Assembly (NCBI GenBank): GCA_030390025.1
Contig: CM059431.1
Coordinates: 104,968,001 to 105,032,000, forward strand
DNA: 64,000 nucleotides
Direction: 5' to 3'
From: Squalus acanthias
Lineage: Eukaryota
This document shows, piece after piece, positions 22,397-35,450 of the stretch (its first letter is position 1; each line of letters begins with the position of its first letter). Made by a program: the position numbers and the translations under genes. The notes under the pieces were generated by a model. That model searched no databases. It saw only the letters and a program-made list of their open reading frames with translations, and was not told where the DNA came from.

Positions 22397-23817
22397 ATTT
22401 CAAATAAAGCTGTTGGACTATAACCTGGTGTTGTGCGACTTCATACTTTTGACAGGTAGACCTGTCAAAAGTATGAATGAGGATCACTGAAAAAACACAT
22501 CAAAACATTAAATACATTTTTAAAAAACCATCATGTTTTTAAAATTAGTTAAAATTACATTCAATTAAATATTTTAAACAAAAATGTAATTTTTTTTTTT
22601 ACGGGGCTAAAAATAAAGTTACCTTTTTTAAAAGTATTTTTAAATTATAAATGAGTGAAAACATTTTTTTTTTTACTTTTTTAAAACTCTTATGCTGGTA
22701 AAAGCAAACCTTACACAGGCTTTTACCAGGCGTAAGATCTTTTAAAGGTTTTCAGCGGGCGGAGGTTCTGCAGGAAGCGGAACTCTCCCCCCCCCCGCCC
22801 CCCCATGGCGGCCCTTCTCCAGAGGTGGAGGATCTGTCAAGAGGATTCTTGACAGATCGGAAGTGCCGTTTTTTTCAGCGCGTGCACTTCGCATGCCTGA
22901 AACCGCCACTTACGAGGCCCCTACGGGTGTGTACACAGCTCGTACCCACCCGTAGGCATCGGAAAACACAGGCCAAAGAATTAGATAGCTGAAAAGAAGC
23001 AGTGAAAGATTTCCAGGAGAGAAACTTTTTCTTTTTGGTTGTGAGCAAAGTCATGAGAGATCAATCAGTGAAATTGTTTACACTGAATCGCAGCAACAAC
23101 AAAAATTGGTCAAAGTCCACAACACAGATCGTGCAGGGCTTATTTAAAATGAATAGGGGAGGGGGGGGGATACATAATATTCACATCTTTTTTTATGCCC
23201 TAAAACACCAAAAGGTTTTCACGGAGTCGGATAGTTACAGGTCAGGAAGGTAACTATGAGATATTCTGTAGTCACATTTCAACTGCTTCACAGAAGCAGC
23301 TAAATCACCTTGACGCCAGTTGGTCTCGTTGGGCACCATAGGGAGCTTTCTGGTGAAAACATTGTAATTAACTTCTTTCACTAATTCATTAAGTCACTCA
23401 TCAGCCATTTGAGAAGTCAGTGGTTTATCGAATAAGATGAAGAGGGAGCAACATGATGGCATTCCAATATCTCTGAAAGATCAGACTGAACTCCTTGAAT
23501 TGGAAGCACGCACCAGTGCTGTTTAGGTACGGTGGTGGTGTTAGCCGAGGCTACGTGCGAGCACTCTCACCTCTGAGTCCCCTTCACCAACACCTGTAAG
23601 CATCAGTGCACCACGCACATATCCTGTAAGGTGCAGCTCGCGAGCATAAACTGGCATCACTGAGCGAGTCACAATGTACAGGGAAGGAGGAGGAAGCGGT
23701 GATGGCACAAGAGATGCATGGACCTGCTACCAGTTGACCACCTGGCTGTCATTAATGATCCCTCATCTTACATCACAGCCGTTTTGACTTTGCTAGATTA
23801 TTTATGGATTCTTTTGG

Positions 23818-24260
23818 GGGATTGGGTCGACTAGGCCTGTATTCACTAGAGTTTAGAAGAATGAGAGGGGATCTCATTGAAACGTATAAAATTCTGACAG
23901 GGCTAGACAGACTGGATGCAGGGAAGATGTTTCCCCTGGCTGGGTGGGTCTAGAACGAGGGGTCACAGTCTCAGGATACAGGGTAGGACATTTAGTACTG
24001 AGATGAGGAGAAATTTCTTCACTCAGAGGGTGGTGAACCTGTGGAATTCTCTACCACAGAAGGCTGTGGAGGCCAAGTCACTGAATATATTTAAGAAGGA
24101 GGTAGATAGATTTCTAGACACAAAAGGCATCAAGGGGTATGGGGAGAGAGCGGGAATATGGTAGTGAGATAGAGGATCAGCCATGATCATATTGAATGGT
24201 GGAGCAGGCTCGAAGGACCGAATGGCCTACTCCTGCTCCTATTTTTCTATGTTTCTATGT
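23818..24260 (+). mobile_element. CR1 LINE 3' end
   Basis: [41 protein letters not shown]; tail. Confidence 0.92.
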
Positions 24261-24612
24261 TTATTGGTGGCCACACACACAGCCATAGTTACTTAATGTG
24301 AGGAGATGTTTCAAGCTGGATAGAATATACATTACAATTGGGGTTATAAAATGGTCACTTCAAGTGTATTTACCTAGAAGCATTCCTAACATCTTTCTCC
24401 TAATTGTCAGCTTGACACTTTGGTTGGATATAGACAGGCCAGCTGGAAAATAACTTTTGAACTTAATGGCAGATGCTCTAGGGAGAACAGCTGAGGTAAC
24501 TTATAACGTGTGAACGGTTAATAACCTGTGATTATGAAAGATATAATTGTCTCTTCCCTCTGTTTCAGTACATTTTCAAAGGCGGTTGAATGATATATCG
24601 ATATCTGACAGT

Positions 24613-25922
24613 GGCCCAAAAATTACTGTGTCAGGCCAATGAACAGCACCCGCCATTAGTTAGACTTGCCCTTGCACGGTTAATCAGCATGATATTTTGC
24701 TTTGCAAGTTTCTGGAGGTGTTTGATGGAAACAGCGCAGCATCCTCTACAGCGCATCTGGGACTTGAGTGAACAGGACAAGCAACTGTGTATCTCCTTCA
24801 CCAATCAGATTGAAGGATTGTGAAATTAACAGCGCAAGGACTGAACAAGGAAGTGTAAGTTAGAGTGGGCGAATTCACTGTCAAATCACGTACAGAAAAG
24901 GAAATAAAGAGACGGAAATAAAGACTGGATCCAGAGAGAGAGATAAAAAAGACACAGAAAAAGTAAAACGTATTTTTTAAAATTAAAAAATCTCCAATAA
25001 CAATTAAAACCTGAAGGAATGAGACTCCACACTTGTAATAGTTAATTTTCAGTGCCAGAGAGGTTGACCGGCTGTAACTAGCACTTATCACTAAGAGGGC
25101 GCTAACGGGGCGCAAAGCAACTAGCGCCCGGGCGCGGCACCGTCCACGCCTCCCGTGAAATTCAGCGGGAGGTTAGCGGAAGCCGTGCGCAGCGCCCCGC
25201 TCGCGCCCCGGCCACGATCTTCGGGAGCGCCCCCTGACTTACTGCCGGACGCTATGTCCGATGGGGTCGGGTGGCCTAACTGCGGCTGGGGAGGCACAAT
25301 TTAAATGTGAGGTGCTGGGCGGCCAATTTTGTTGCTGGCCGCCTGTCAGCACCTGCCTGCGCTCCCGTCCCCGGCATTCTGAACGGTCCCCCCCCGCTGT
25401 GGAGTACCGGCTGCAGCCCAAGAGCCTGGCACTTCTCTTGAGTGCCAGGCCCTTTTGCCAGTCCCCGGGGGCCCAGCGATATTGACTCACAGTGCCCCAA
25501 GAGGGATGCGAGGCAGCTTCCAGTAGCGCCCCGCTTCCCTCTTTGGGCGCAACCATTCAAGTTCCGGCGTGGGGGCGCTAATTGTTCCGGGGTGCTAACT
25601 GTAGCGCCCCAGCGAAGTTAGCGCCCCACGTGGGGCACTACTCAACATTTAGCCCTAAATGACTTTCTGTGGCGAATTTAGTTCGGATCTACCATGCAAA
25701 TACAGCAACTTCACGCCGCTCAATACATTTCAATAGGGAGATGGACAGAAAGATACCGTTTCTGTGAAGATAACGGTGAAGTGGCGCATCTCGGACAGCA
25801 ACTCCTCGACCTCCACGTTTAATCACGCAGCTGCCTCTCGCCTGAAGTTGCTGCAGCATTCGCGCTTAGATACTGGTGAGCGCCGTTAGCCTCACCGTCA
25901 CTTTGACAGCCATTTTTGGGCC
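24613..25922. mobile_element. MITE family B with a nested GC-rich element
   Basis: TIRs GGCCCAAAAAT / ATTTTTGGGCC; flanks AGT/ATT; paralogs at 35451, 44248 and 48726. Confidence 0.78.
25094..25656. mobile_element. GC-rich MITE-like insert (family C, AGCGCC-rich)
   Basis: Absent from the other family-B copies; shares TAGCGCCCG..CGTGAAATT and ACTCAA.TTT..CCC ends with 41760-42590. Confidence 0.6.
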
Positions 25923-26413
25923 ATTGTGTTAGTCAACAGCCATTAAAAAACCAGCGATGAAAGACTGAAATAAATCGGGACTGTGTTGCATTTCACCTTA
26001 TAAGAAGCGACCATGTTCCTAAGGTCAAGAGGGAAGAAATCTTGCTTTTTTGGGCGAAAGATAAGGTCAGAGGGATGAACTTTGGGTCACGATCTCTGGG
26101 GCCTGATCTCCCCCTGTAGTGCGCCGACTACCAATTTTTGGGAACCCGCAACTTCCGAGTGTGCAGCGTGACCATCTGAATCTGGTGTCGGGCACCCTGA
26201 ACTGGGCCTCGGGCTGATATCTTCTCGCCATCCGTTTTGAGCTGGAAGCAAACATGACACAAATTTCAGGCAGCAAACAGAAACCATGCTTACCGTTCTA
26301 GGCCTCCCCTTACCTGACTGGTAACTGCGTAGGTGTGGAGCTTGAGATCAATGTGAAGATGCTGAGTGCCTTCCACCCTGCCTTCTCCTTTACACCCTGC
26401 TTTGTGGGGAATG

Positions 26414-27035
26414 AGAGTACAGGAGCAAGGATGTCTTGCTGCAGTTGTACAGGGCCTTGGTGAGACCACACCTTGAGTATTGTGTGCCGTTTTGGTCGCC
26501 TTATCTGAGGAAGGATGTTCTTGCCATTGAGGGAGTGCAGCGAAGATTCACCAGACTGATACCTGGGATGGCAGGAATGACGTATGAAGAGAGATTGGGT
26601 CGATTGGGCTTATATTCGCTAGAGTTTAGAAGAATGAGAGGGGATGTCATTGAAACTTATAAAATTCTAACAGGACTAGACAGATTAGATGCAGGAAGGA
26701 TGTTCCTGATGGCGGGGGAGTCCAGAACTAGGGGTCACAGTCTAAGGATAAGGGGTAAGCCATTTAGGACTGAGATGAGGAGGAATTTCTTCACCCAGAG
26801 AGTGGTGAACCTGTGGAATTCTCTACCACAGAAGGCAGTAGAGGCCAATTCATTAAATATATTGAAGAAGGAGTTAGATATATTTCTTAAGGCTAAAGGG
26901 ATCAAGGGATATGGGGAGAAAGCAGGGACAGGGTACTGAATTTGGATGATCAGCCACGATCTCATTAAATGGTGGAACAGGCTCGAGGGGCCGAATGGCC
27001 TACTCCTGCTCCTATCTTCTATGTTTCTATGTTTC
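26414..27035 (+). mobile_element. CR1 LINE 3' end (young, open frame over 167 aa)
   Basis: LQLYRALVRPHLEYCV.FWSPYLRKD..GYGEKAGTGY*; 3'UTR and tail. Confidence 0.93.
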
Positions 27036-27407
27036 TTACTTACGGGAGAAGTTTTTTGCCATTGAGAACAGGATTTTGACAAAACACAAAAAACATAACC
27101 ATTTTTCCACAGAGACAGCAGAGAGAACGTAACCTTCATCTGAGATAGCAGTAGCTCAATTTACAACATGTACCTGTTGCCTGCCTTTGTTCCAATTTCT
27201 AGACTGTACACTTGGCTGAGAAATAGGCCTACTTTCTACATATGAAACATTGCTGTCTTCAAGCAGAACAGGCTTCTTTCTTTATGACATGATTGTATTT
27301 GCTAGTCTATTTGAAGAGCTTTCCAAAATGTCTTGGTCGTCACATTTGAAGACACTTTCTCCTTTTTCTGAGCTAAACATTGCATTTCTACCTGGGTACT
27401 TATTTTT

Positions 27408-27748
27408 CATGAGGGATCTAGACAGAGTAGATAGAGAGAAACTGTTCCCAGTGGCAGAAGGGTCGAGAACCAGAGGACACAGATTTGAGGTGATTGGCAA
27501 AAGAACCAAAGGCAACATGAGAAAAAAAAATTTCACGCAGCGAGTGGTCAAGATCTGGAATGCACTGCCTGAGAGGGTGGTGGAGGCAGATTCAATCGTG
27601 GCTTTCAAAAGCGAGTTGGATAAGTACCTGAAGGAAAAAAATTGCAGGGCTACGGGGAAAGGGTGGGGGAGTGGGACTAGCTGAAGTGCTCTTGCAGAGA
27701 GCCGGCACGGGCTCGACGGGCCGAATGGCCTTGTGATTCTATGATTCT
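27408..27748 (+). mobile_element. CR1 LINE 3' end
   Basis: Paralog of 7320-7677. Confidence 0.9.
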
Positions 27749-27944
27749 AGTTACTTTGCTATGGATTCACTACCTAAGCTTTCATTGTCAGCTTTGGTTC
27801 TTTTTAAAGTCTCTTTCTAGAACCATTTTTCCGTGTGCAAATAATTATTCTTTCCTCAATTAAATTTTCTTCCGGAGGCCCCTAATTAGATGTGCCCGCT
27901 AAAGTGCAGAGGCTCATTGTATGTGATTCTATTGCTTCATCAGG

Positions 27945-29030
27945 ATCCTGAAATCTAATCCCTCCATGCCCTCGCCCCTCTCTATCTCTGGAACCTCCTC
28001 CAGCGCTACAACCCTCCCAGATCTCTGCGCTCTTACAATTAAGGCCTCTTGTGCATCCCCGATTTCCTTCATTTCACCATTGGCGGCCGTGCCTTCTGTT
28101 GCCTGGGCCCCAAGCTCCAGAATTCCCTCCCTAAACCTCTCTGACTCTCCACCTCTCTCTCCTCCTTTAAGACGCTCCTTAAAGCCTACCTCTTTGACCA
28201 AGCTTTTTGGTCGCCTGTCTTAATGGGCCGGATTTTCCGACCCCCACTGGTGTGTACGAGCTGTGTACACGCCCGTAGGGGCCTCGCATGCGCTAAAACC
28301 CGGCACTTGCGATCTGTGAAGAATCCTCTTGACAGATCCTCCGTCAGCCCAGGAGAAGGGCCTCTGCGGGCAGAGAGTTCCGCTTTCTGCACAACTTCCG
28401 CCCGCTGAAAACATTTAAAAATCTTACATCTGGTAAAAGCAAAAAATAAATAAATTTTTTCACTCGTTTATAATTTAAAAATACTTTTTAAAAAGGCAAG
28501 TTTATTTTTAGCCCCGTAAAAAACTTTAATTATTTTTTTCAAAAAATTAAATTTTTGTTTAAAATATACTGTAATTTTAACTAATTTTAAATACATGATG
28601 TTTATTTAAAAATGTATTTAATGGTTAACTGTGTTTTTTAAGTGATCCCCATTCATACTGTTGACAGATCTGTGCGTAGAGACCTGTCAAACGTGTGAAG
28701 GGGATTCCCTTCTTTGATTGGTTCCCCGTGGCCCACGTGATCCCAGGGACGCTTGCGAACCGCCTGCGCTCCTGGGATACCTGGGCCTCTGCACATTTTG
28801 TAGTGGAGAGGCCCAGGATCGCAAACCTCGGGACCTACGGAACCAACAGGTAAGTGCGTAGATTTTTTCCAATCGGAGGCATCCGCCCGCAGGAAGTCTC
28901 CAATCGGAAAATCCGGCCCATTATCTCTTCGTCTGGCTCGGTGTCAAATTTTGTCCGATAATGCTCCTGTGAAGCTCTTTGGGACGTTTTACTGTTAAAG
29001 GTGCTACATAAATACAAGTTGTTGTTGTTG
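27945..29030 (+). mobile_element. L2 LINE 3' end split by a family-A MITE
   Basis: L2 ..GGTCGCCTGTCTTAAT [MITE] ATTATCTCTTCGTCTGGCTCGGTGTCAAATTTT..(GTT)n. Confidence 0.85.
28225..28919 (-). mobile_element. MITE family A
   Basis: Perfect TIRs GGGCCGGATTTTCCGA / TCGGAAAATCCGGCCC; flanks AAT/ATT. Confidence 0.9.
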
Positions 29031-29769
29031 AATCGTCAATGTACACGCAGCCCCTATCTGAATATGTAGGCGTCATTAAGTAGAGAAAATGGTCCCCGTA
29101 CCTAAGTAACATCGAATAGGTGGGGTGCCAATACTTCTCGTGCTGTTTGCCTAAACAGGGCTCTGAAAATGACGTGTTCATGACATGATTTAAAGGTGGC
29201 CTGCACCTCTTAATAGAGTGAACCCAGTGTTAAAAGGGTAGATTTATTTTTAGGGTGAGGCATGCTACATTCAGTTGAATTGTCTTCTGGAGCTTGCTTG
29301 GGTGCCTTAGGAGAGGAAATTGTCAGAAGTTTGACAGCCTAGACGCCAGATGGGATTAGATGAAGAAGGGTGGGAGGAGGCTTGCGTGGACCAGTTGGGC
29401 CGAATGGTCTATTTCTGTGCTGTACGTTCTATGTAATAATGTAAATTGGCCAAGTTTCTTTCTCTCTCCCTTGGTTTTTGCCTGCCGATAAATTGTCAGC
29501 TGTTAATTAATCCAGCTGTTTCTGCCCAAAATAAATGGAGTACTTAAGATGCTATAACTGGCAAGCTGACGTCAGTGCAAGTGGCTAACGGTTATCACTT
29601 TTTGGAATGATATAGGCGGCTGCCCATTTTAAACATGGACGCTTTTAGTGGTGGGGACTGTCCTACACGCAAGTTGTTACGTTTGGGTTCATAACAGGTG
29701 CAGTCCCACTAATGGAATCTACCCTTTTATGGTGAGAATAAGTGAAAAGTGTTGGGAGAAGGCTGAATG

Positions 29770-30262
29770 GTCTTTTCTTGTGCCTTGATAGGCTAGGGAG
29801 GACCAGGGGTCACAATATTGAGTTGTGTAAGGCTAGATCCAGGTTAGATGTCAGGAGGTGGTTCGTTTCCCAGAGAATAGTGGACCTCCGGAACAGGCTG
29901 CCATCTCGTGCGGTGGAAGCTGATTCGCTGAATTCCTTCAAGCGAGAGCTGGACCTGTGTCTGGCTGGGGCGGACATCACCTCTTACAGAAGGGTAGGCA
30001 CTGCAGGGAATTCAGGGCCAGAGTGATCTCCTGGACTAGTTTCCATCGCCGAGATGGGTCGGAGAGGAACTTCCCAGATTTTTTTCCCTCCAGATTGGCC
30101 ATTGGATATTGTTTTATCTGTTTTTTTTCGCTTCTCCCAGGAGATCCCATGGTTTCGGGTGGGGTAGGGAATGCATATATTGTGTTACACAAGGTATCGC
30201 AATTGTGTGGGACAGGCTGGATGGGCCAGAGGGTATTTACCTGCCCGTCATTGTTCGTATGT
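29770..30262 (+). mobile_element. Divergent CR1-clade LINE 3' end with a long 3'UTR
   Basis: RTRGHNIELCKARSRLDVRRWFVSQRIVDLRNRLP..FKRELD; TGTTCGTATGTTC tail. Confidence 0.8.
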
Positions 30263-31324
30263 TCGATTTCTTGAACTCGTGTTTGCATTTGGCAAATTAT
30301 TGTTGCTGGGGGCGGTGACGTTAGGGATTCCGGCACCAATATTGCCAACCAAATACGAGCAGCTCCTTTAAAAAATATATAAAACCACGGAGAATCACAG
30401 CACCAAAATGAAATTATTTCAAATAAAATGGTATCAATCTAAAAAAATTATTACACGATTTAAACTGTGATTCTTAAATGACCTACTTATTTTTGGGAAG
30501 TGATACTGATTTCAGCAAAAGTAATTCTGGAGAAGCGAATTCACTTTCAACATGTAATTGCCAATGTGGTTTATCAGTATTTTATTCCGCACTGTACAGC
30601 AAATGGCTGACAGTAATTCGCTTGAGCGGTCCTGATAATGTAATGAGCAAGGAGAAAGAAGCTTAAGTGGTTTACAAACGTCAGCAGAACCTTGAGATTG
30701 AATCACTGGCTTAAAGCTCACCGCCGGTTTATTTATTATTCCTTATGATCTACACGATTTGTCTTTACTTCAGTTGCTTCTTCTCCAACTTTTGTCACTC
30801 TTCTGCCACGGAGGCTACTCACCATTATTGAGGCAGCACGACATGAATGAAAGGGTAACAAAATGATTCGTGACTTAGGGCATAAAGGTTGTGGCATTGC
30901 TAGCACAATTGTGTAAGGGCAGAGCGTTGCTGGGCAATATAAATGGTGCACCATATTGTAAATCCATTTAGCCGTTTGTCTCAAAGCTATGTGACTGTTG
31001 ACATTGGGATTTGATCCATATTATATGGGTATGCACACACACACAGTCTATTAGAATGCATTTTAAAGATTCAAGAAATTAAATAGATGCCGATGTAGAA
31101 ATTGGTATGTGTCATGACTGTTTCTCGGACTTAAAATGGGGGTAACACATACCAATTTAGCAGTGGGACAACCTGCCCCCAATCTGCGCAGGCATTGATT
31201 CCACTGCTAAATCCGTGGGGTCCATTTTATTAGGCATCCCAGGCAGACACCTAGAACAGGCGCTAGGCCCTTTCACTATGTTAACGAGAGGCCAAATACC
31301 TGTAAAAAATGAGTAATCGATGAT

Positions 31325-31552
31325 CACCCAGAGGGTGGTTGGAATCTGGAACTCACTGCCTGAAAGGGTGGTAGAGGCAGGAACCCTCACAACATTCAAG
31401 AAGCATTTAGATGAGCACTTGAAACGCCATAGCATACAAGGCTACGGACCAAGTGCTGGAAAATGGGATTAGAATAGACAGTGCTTGCTGGCCAGTGCGG
31501 ACACGATGGGCCGAAGGGCCTCTTTCTATGCTGTATAACTCTATGACTCTAT
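31325..31552 (+). mobile_element. CR1 LINE 3' end inside a GC-rich MITE-like region (~31155-32190)
   Basis: TQRVVGIWNSLPERVVEAG..FKKHLDEHL; (ACTCTATG)n tail. Confidence 0.85.
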
Positions 31553-32289
31553 CATGGCAGGCACTGGCCTACCCCGCTCAGGATTTTTCAGCGACCCCTC
31601 AACAGAGGGTGAGTGTTAATTTAATTTAAAAACACCTTTCTGTGGAGCCAGGAGTTGTCCACAGTCCTGGTGATCACTCCCCTCCCCCTCGCCACCACCC
31701 CCGCCTGCCATTGTTCGCTCCAACTCCACCTCCCAGAACCGACCTGAGGGCCGCTAACGGTGAGCCACTCGGATATACAACTCACATTTGCTGCAGTGAG
31801 TTATCAAGATCTTCTCCCCGGATAATTCTATTACTTTCTCTTATTTCTGCCGAAATTTCCCCACTCCACCTTTTCCGTTCCTGAAAATGTTGGCTCCTTG
31901 TTGGGAGGACGACCATCAGCTTGTTCGGGTGGCCCTCAAAATGGACGCTAACTATTGTCACAAGAGGAAAAAAGCACTTAGAAGTGGTGTCAGGCCTCTT
32001 GAACCTTATTTCTACCCTATTACAATGCCTGCACCTGTTATAGTAAGCAAGCACTCCCCCCCTGGGAATCATGGGGGGGCAATATAAATGGGTCAGCGAG
32101 CTGAGGTCACATGTCTTCGCCCCTTTTTCGTCTCCTTCATGCCTGCGAACTTAGCATTCCCCAGGCCCACTGGAAAGAAGACGAGGCCCTTGATTCCCTT
32201 CCCCACTTGGTGTTATAGGAAGGTCAGGAAGCAGTATTGACTCAGGGGAGATTTGTCCTGAATTTCACAAGACTACAGAGAAAAAGGAA

Positions 32290-32622
32290 AAAAAAAAGAT
32301 TTGTATTTATATACGGCTTTTCATGACCTCAGGTTGTCCTCAGGTGCTTTACATCCAGTGCAGTACTTTCAAAGTGTAGCCACTGTTGTCATGTAGGAAA
32401 CGCGGCAGCTAATTTGCGCACAGCAAGCTCCCACAAACAGCAATGAGATAATGACCAGATAATCTGTTTTAGTGATGTTGGTTGAGGGATAAATATTGGC
32501 CTCAGGACACTGGGGAGAACTCTCTGCTCTTCTTCGAAATAGTGCCATGGGATCTTTTACGTCCTCCTGAGAGGGCAGGCGGGGCCTCGGTTTAACGTCT
32601 CATCCGAAAGACGGCACCGCCA
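32290..32622 (-). mobile_element. Deu-SINE, head missing
   Basis: Reverse complement of the Deu core and tail. Confidence 0.88.
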
Positions 32623-32679
32623 ACGTCACTGAGTTAGGCAGTTATTTCGGATACAAGTTTCAATAATCTGTCTTCCAGA

Positions 32680-32800
32680 TCTTCGACCTGAAACGTTAAC
32701 TCTGTATCTCTCTCCACGGACGCTGCCTGACCTGCTGAGCATTTCCAGCATTTTCTGTTGTCATTTCTCATTTCCAGCATCCGCAGTGTTTTGCTATTGT
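32680..32800 (+). mobile_element. 3' part of the hammerhead-bearing short element
   Basis: TCGACCTGAAACGTTAACTCTG..GCTGCCTGACCTGCTGAG..TTTCCAGCATCCGCAG. Confidence 0.78.
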
Positions 32801-33184
32801 TCCAGATCAGAGACTGTTTTTAAAAACATTGGAGAGTGCAGCATGTGGTTATTTTCTAGCAGGCAATCGCAATGATGGACAAGGAATGGGAGATTAAAGG
32901 GCCAACTGATGGATGGCCACACCTGGACACGCCACTGGTGGGTCGTCAATCGACTCCGAGTGGAGGACATTCTTTCTCTGCCAGTATTGTAAATCAAAAA
33001 GCATGTCAATAAAAAATAGCGTTCCTTTCAGTGTAGTTTCCTGAATACACCAGCTGATCTATCAGGACAAAGGAGCCAAATTCTTTAAAATACGAAACAT
33101 GCACCATCTTATGCTTCCTGTGGGACACTGCACCTCTTCATAATTCATTTCTGCTTGATAGTATCAATGAAACAATAGAATCAA

Positions 33185-33341
33185 GGGGGCGATTTTGACT
33201 TCATGCAATAGTGTAAAATGGGTGCTAGCAAATGGGCAGCCCGTTACACAACTCTCCCAGTTTTTATTTCCATTGACTTGAATGGGCTGTCGATTCGCTG
33301 TCACCTGCTTTACACTATCGCACAAAGTCAAAATTACAACC
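33185..33341. mobile_element. Small palindromic MITE
   Basis: GGGGGCGATTTTGACTT..ATAGTGTAAA / TTTACACTAT..AAGTCAAAATTACAACC. Confidence 0.65.
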
Positions 33342-33448
33342 ATGGTCTCAGACAGTAATCAATGCCACCTGTATGAAGAGTTTTTTTTTAAATAAACACA
33401 ATTCAAACTAGAGAAATAAATCACAAGAGAAGATAAACTAATACTCAC

Positions 33449-33504
33449 CCAAGCGGCAGTCCTGAAAGCCATCTTCCATCCCAAAGCTTGTTGCTCAGAG
33501 ACCA
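33449..33504 (-). other. Candidate 56-nt exon
   Basis: Acceptor tttctgtcctgatttgattattccctctcAG and donor GTGAGT, in unique sequence. Confidence 0.35.
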
Positions 33505-33797
33505 CTGAGAGGGAATAATCAAATCAGGACAGAAACTTTGAGAAATTAGCAGACATTATCATTATTTTCTGAACGTTAAGGGAACACAATCCTCTTGGAT
33601 GTAGAATAAGATTACATTCTCAGGAGGAAAAATTCAACACGTGTGCAGTCATTTACTCTCAGGTCCCCAGAGAAGCCTAGAAATCCAAGGACCATGAAAA
33701 CCTCTTTGCATTTTCTCCATGGTATCTGGGAAATAGATGTGTGGGAATCTGTGACCACAACCATTAGAGTAGACCTTAGATTACATGGCAGTTTGAG

Positions 33798-34275
33798 GAA
33801 CATAGGAACAGGAGGAGGCCATTCAGCCCCTCGAGCCTGTTCCGCCATTCAATTTGATCATGGCTGATCTGTATCTTAACTCCATCTACCCGCCTTGGTT
33901 CCATAACCCTTAATACCCTTACCTAACAAAAATCTATCAATCGCAGTTTTGTAATTTTACATTGACCCCAGCCTCAACAGCATTTTGGGGAGAGAGTTCT
34001 AGATTTCCACTACCCTTTGTGTGAAGAAGTACTTCCTGACATCACCCCTGAACGGCCTACCTCCAAATTTAAACTTATGCCCCCTTGTTCTGGACTCCCC
34101 ACCAGAGGAAATAATTTCTCTCTATCTACCCTATTAACACTTTTAATCATCTTAAACACGACAATTAGATCACCCCTTAATCTTCTATACTCAAGGGTAA
34201 TACAAGCCTAGTCTATGCATCCTCATAATTTAACCCTGTTAGCCCCGGTATCATTCTGGTGAATCTGCGTTCTAC
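33798..34275 (-). mobile_element. CR1 LINE 3' end
   Basis: Reverse complement of the ORF2 end and 3'UTR. Confidence 0.88.
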
Positions 34276-34567
34276 CCTGGTTACACTGGCAGAGATAAGA
34301 GTGTACATGATTACAAGTGTAAAGTCAGAAATCTAAACTCCAAATCCCATCCCAGCATGACATATACTCATTTTTTGTGACAAGCTTCATTACAATGCAG
34401 TGGAGATCTGAAATACTAAACCTTGATATGCTAGGAGGTGGAATTGTGGGCATGAGTTTGCATGGAATGAGTTACATATCTGAATCATGACTGGAGAGTT
34501 GCTAGGAAGAGATGAGGCACTTTCCCACAAAAAGGGAAAATCAGAGGTAGACTCACTCTAAACTACG

Positions 34568-34968
34568 GTGTCAGCTGTGGCTCAGTGGGTAGCGCTCTCG
34601 CCTCTGAGTCAGAAGGTCATGGGTTCAAGTCCCACTCCAGAGACTTGAGCACAAAAATCTAGGCTGACACTCCAGTGCAGTACTGAGGGAATGCTGCACT
34701 GTCAGAGGTGCCGTCTTTCAGATGAGATGTTAAACCGAGGCCCCGTCTGCTCTCTCAGGTGGATGTATAAAATCCCATGGCACTATCTTGAGGAAGAGCA
34801 GGAGAGCTATCACCAAAAAAACAGTTTATCTGGTCATTGTGTTTGTGGGAGCTTGCTGTGTGTTTCCTACATTACAACAGTGACTACACTTCAAAAAAAG
34901 GTACTTCATTGGCTGTAAAGCACTTTGGGGAGGTCCAGTGGTCGTGAAAGGCGCTAAATCTTTCTTTC
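34568..34968 (+). mobile_element. Deu-SINE with internal deletions
   Basis: A and B boxes, Deu core and tail. Confidence 0.88.
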
Positions 34969-35450
34969 TATCTCCAGGCAACTGGTCACAAAGCAGTACG
35001 AGTCGATCACTGGAAGCAACTCTCCCTTGGCCAGATGTAATATTTGGCTGAAAGAGACCCATCAGAGAAAAATAAAAGTGCCTTTGTTCAACAAAAACAA
35101 AGTGAAAGTAAATTGTCAGTGTATTTGCTCTCGCTCTCAGTCTACACGTCACATCTGCCTCATTTTTCATATTTGCTCTATCTGGTCCATTTTATAATGT
35201 GCTGTAGCCATTGTCCACACAGGACCTTGTGTAAGCAGAACCTAATGTCTGTAATTTGTCTTTGAAATTGATCTGGGAGATTGCCTGTGGTGGGAACAGT
35301 GTCTGTTTATAGTCCAAAGCAAATATAATCATTAGACACAAAAATGGCCATTTGCAATGGCACTGCTCCTAGCAAATACATATATGTAATATTGTGTGCA
35401 ATGCAAAATGGGTGTAAATTCTATTATTTATACACTTAGCAGAATACATT

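Larger units (their letters stand above)
22196..22439. mobile_element. Fold-back Penelope pLTR insertion
   Basis: ~90-bp inverted arms (~22240-22331 / ~22351-22441); TSD TTCATACTTTTGACA (22181-22195 / 22440-22454). Confidence 0.9.
22004..22975 (+). mobile_element. MITE family A, left end truncated, hosting a Penelope pLTR insertion
   Basis: Colinear with 18078-18770; right TIR GGAAAACACAGGCC. Confidence 0.85.

Noticed and set aside
26436..26939. 167-aa ORF as a host gene
   Set aside because: It is the C-terminus of CR1 ORF2, repeated many times in the window
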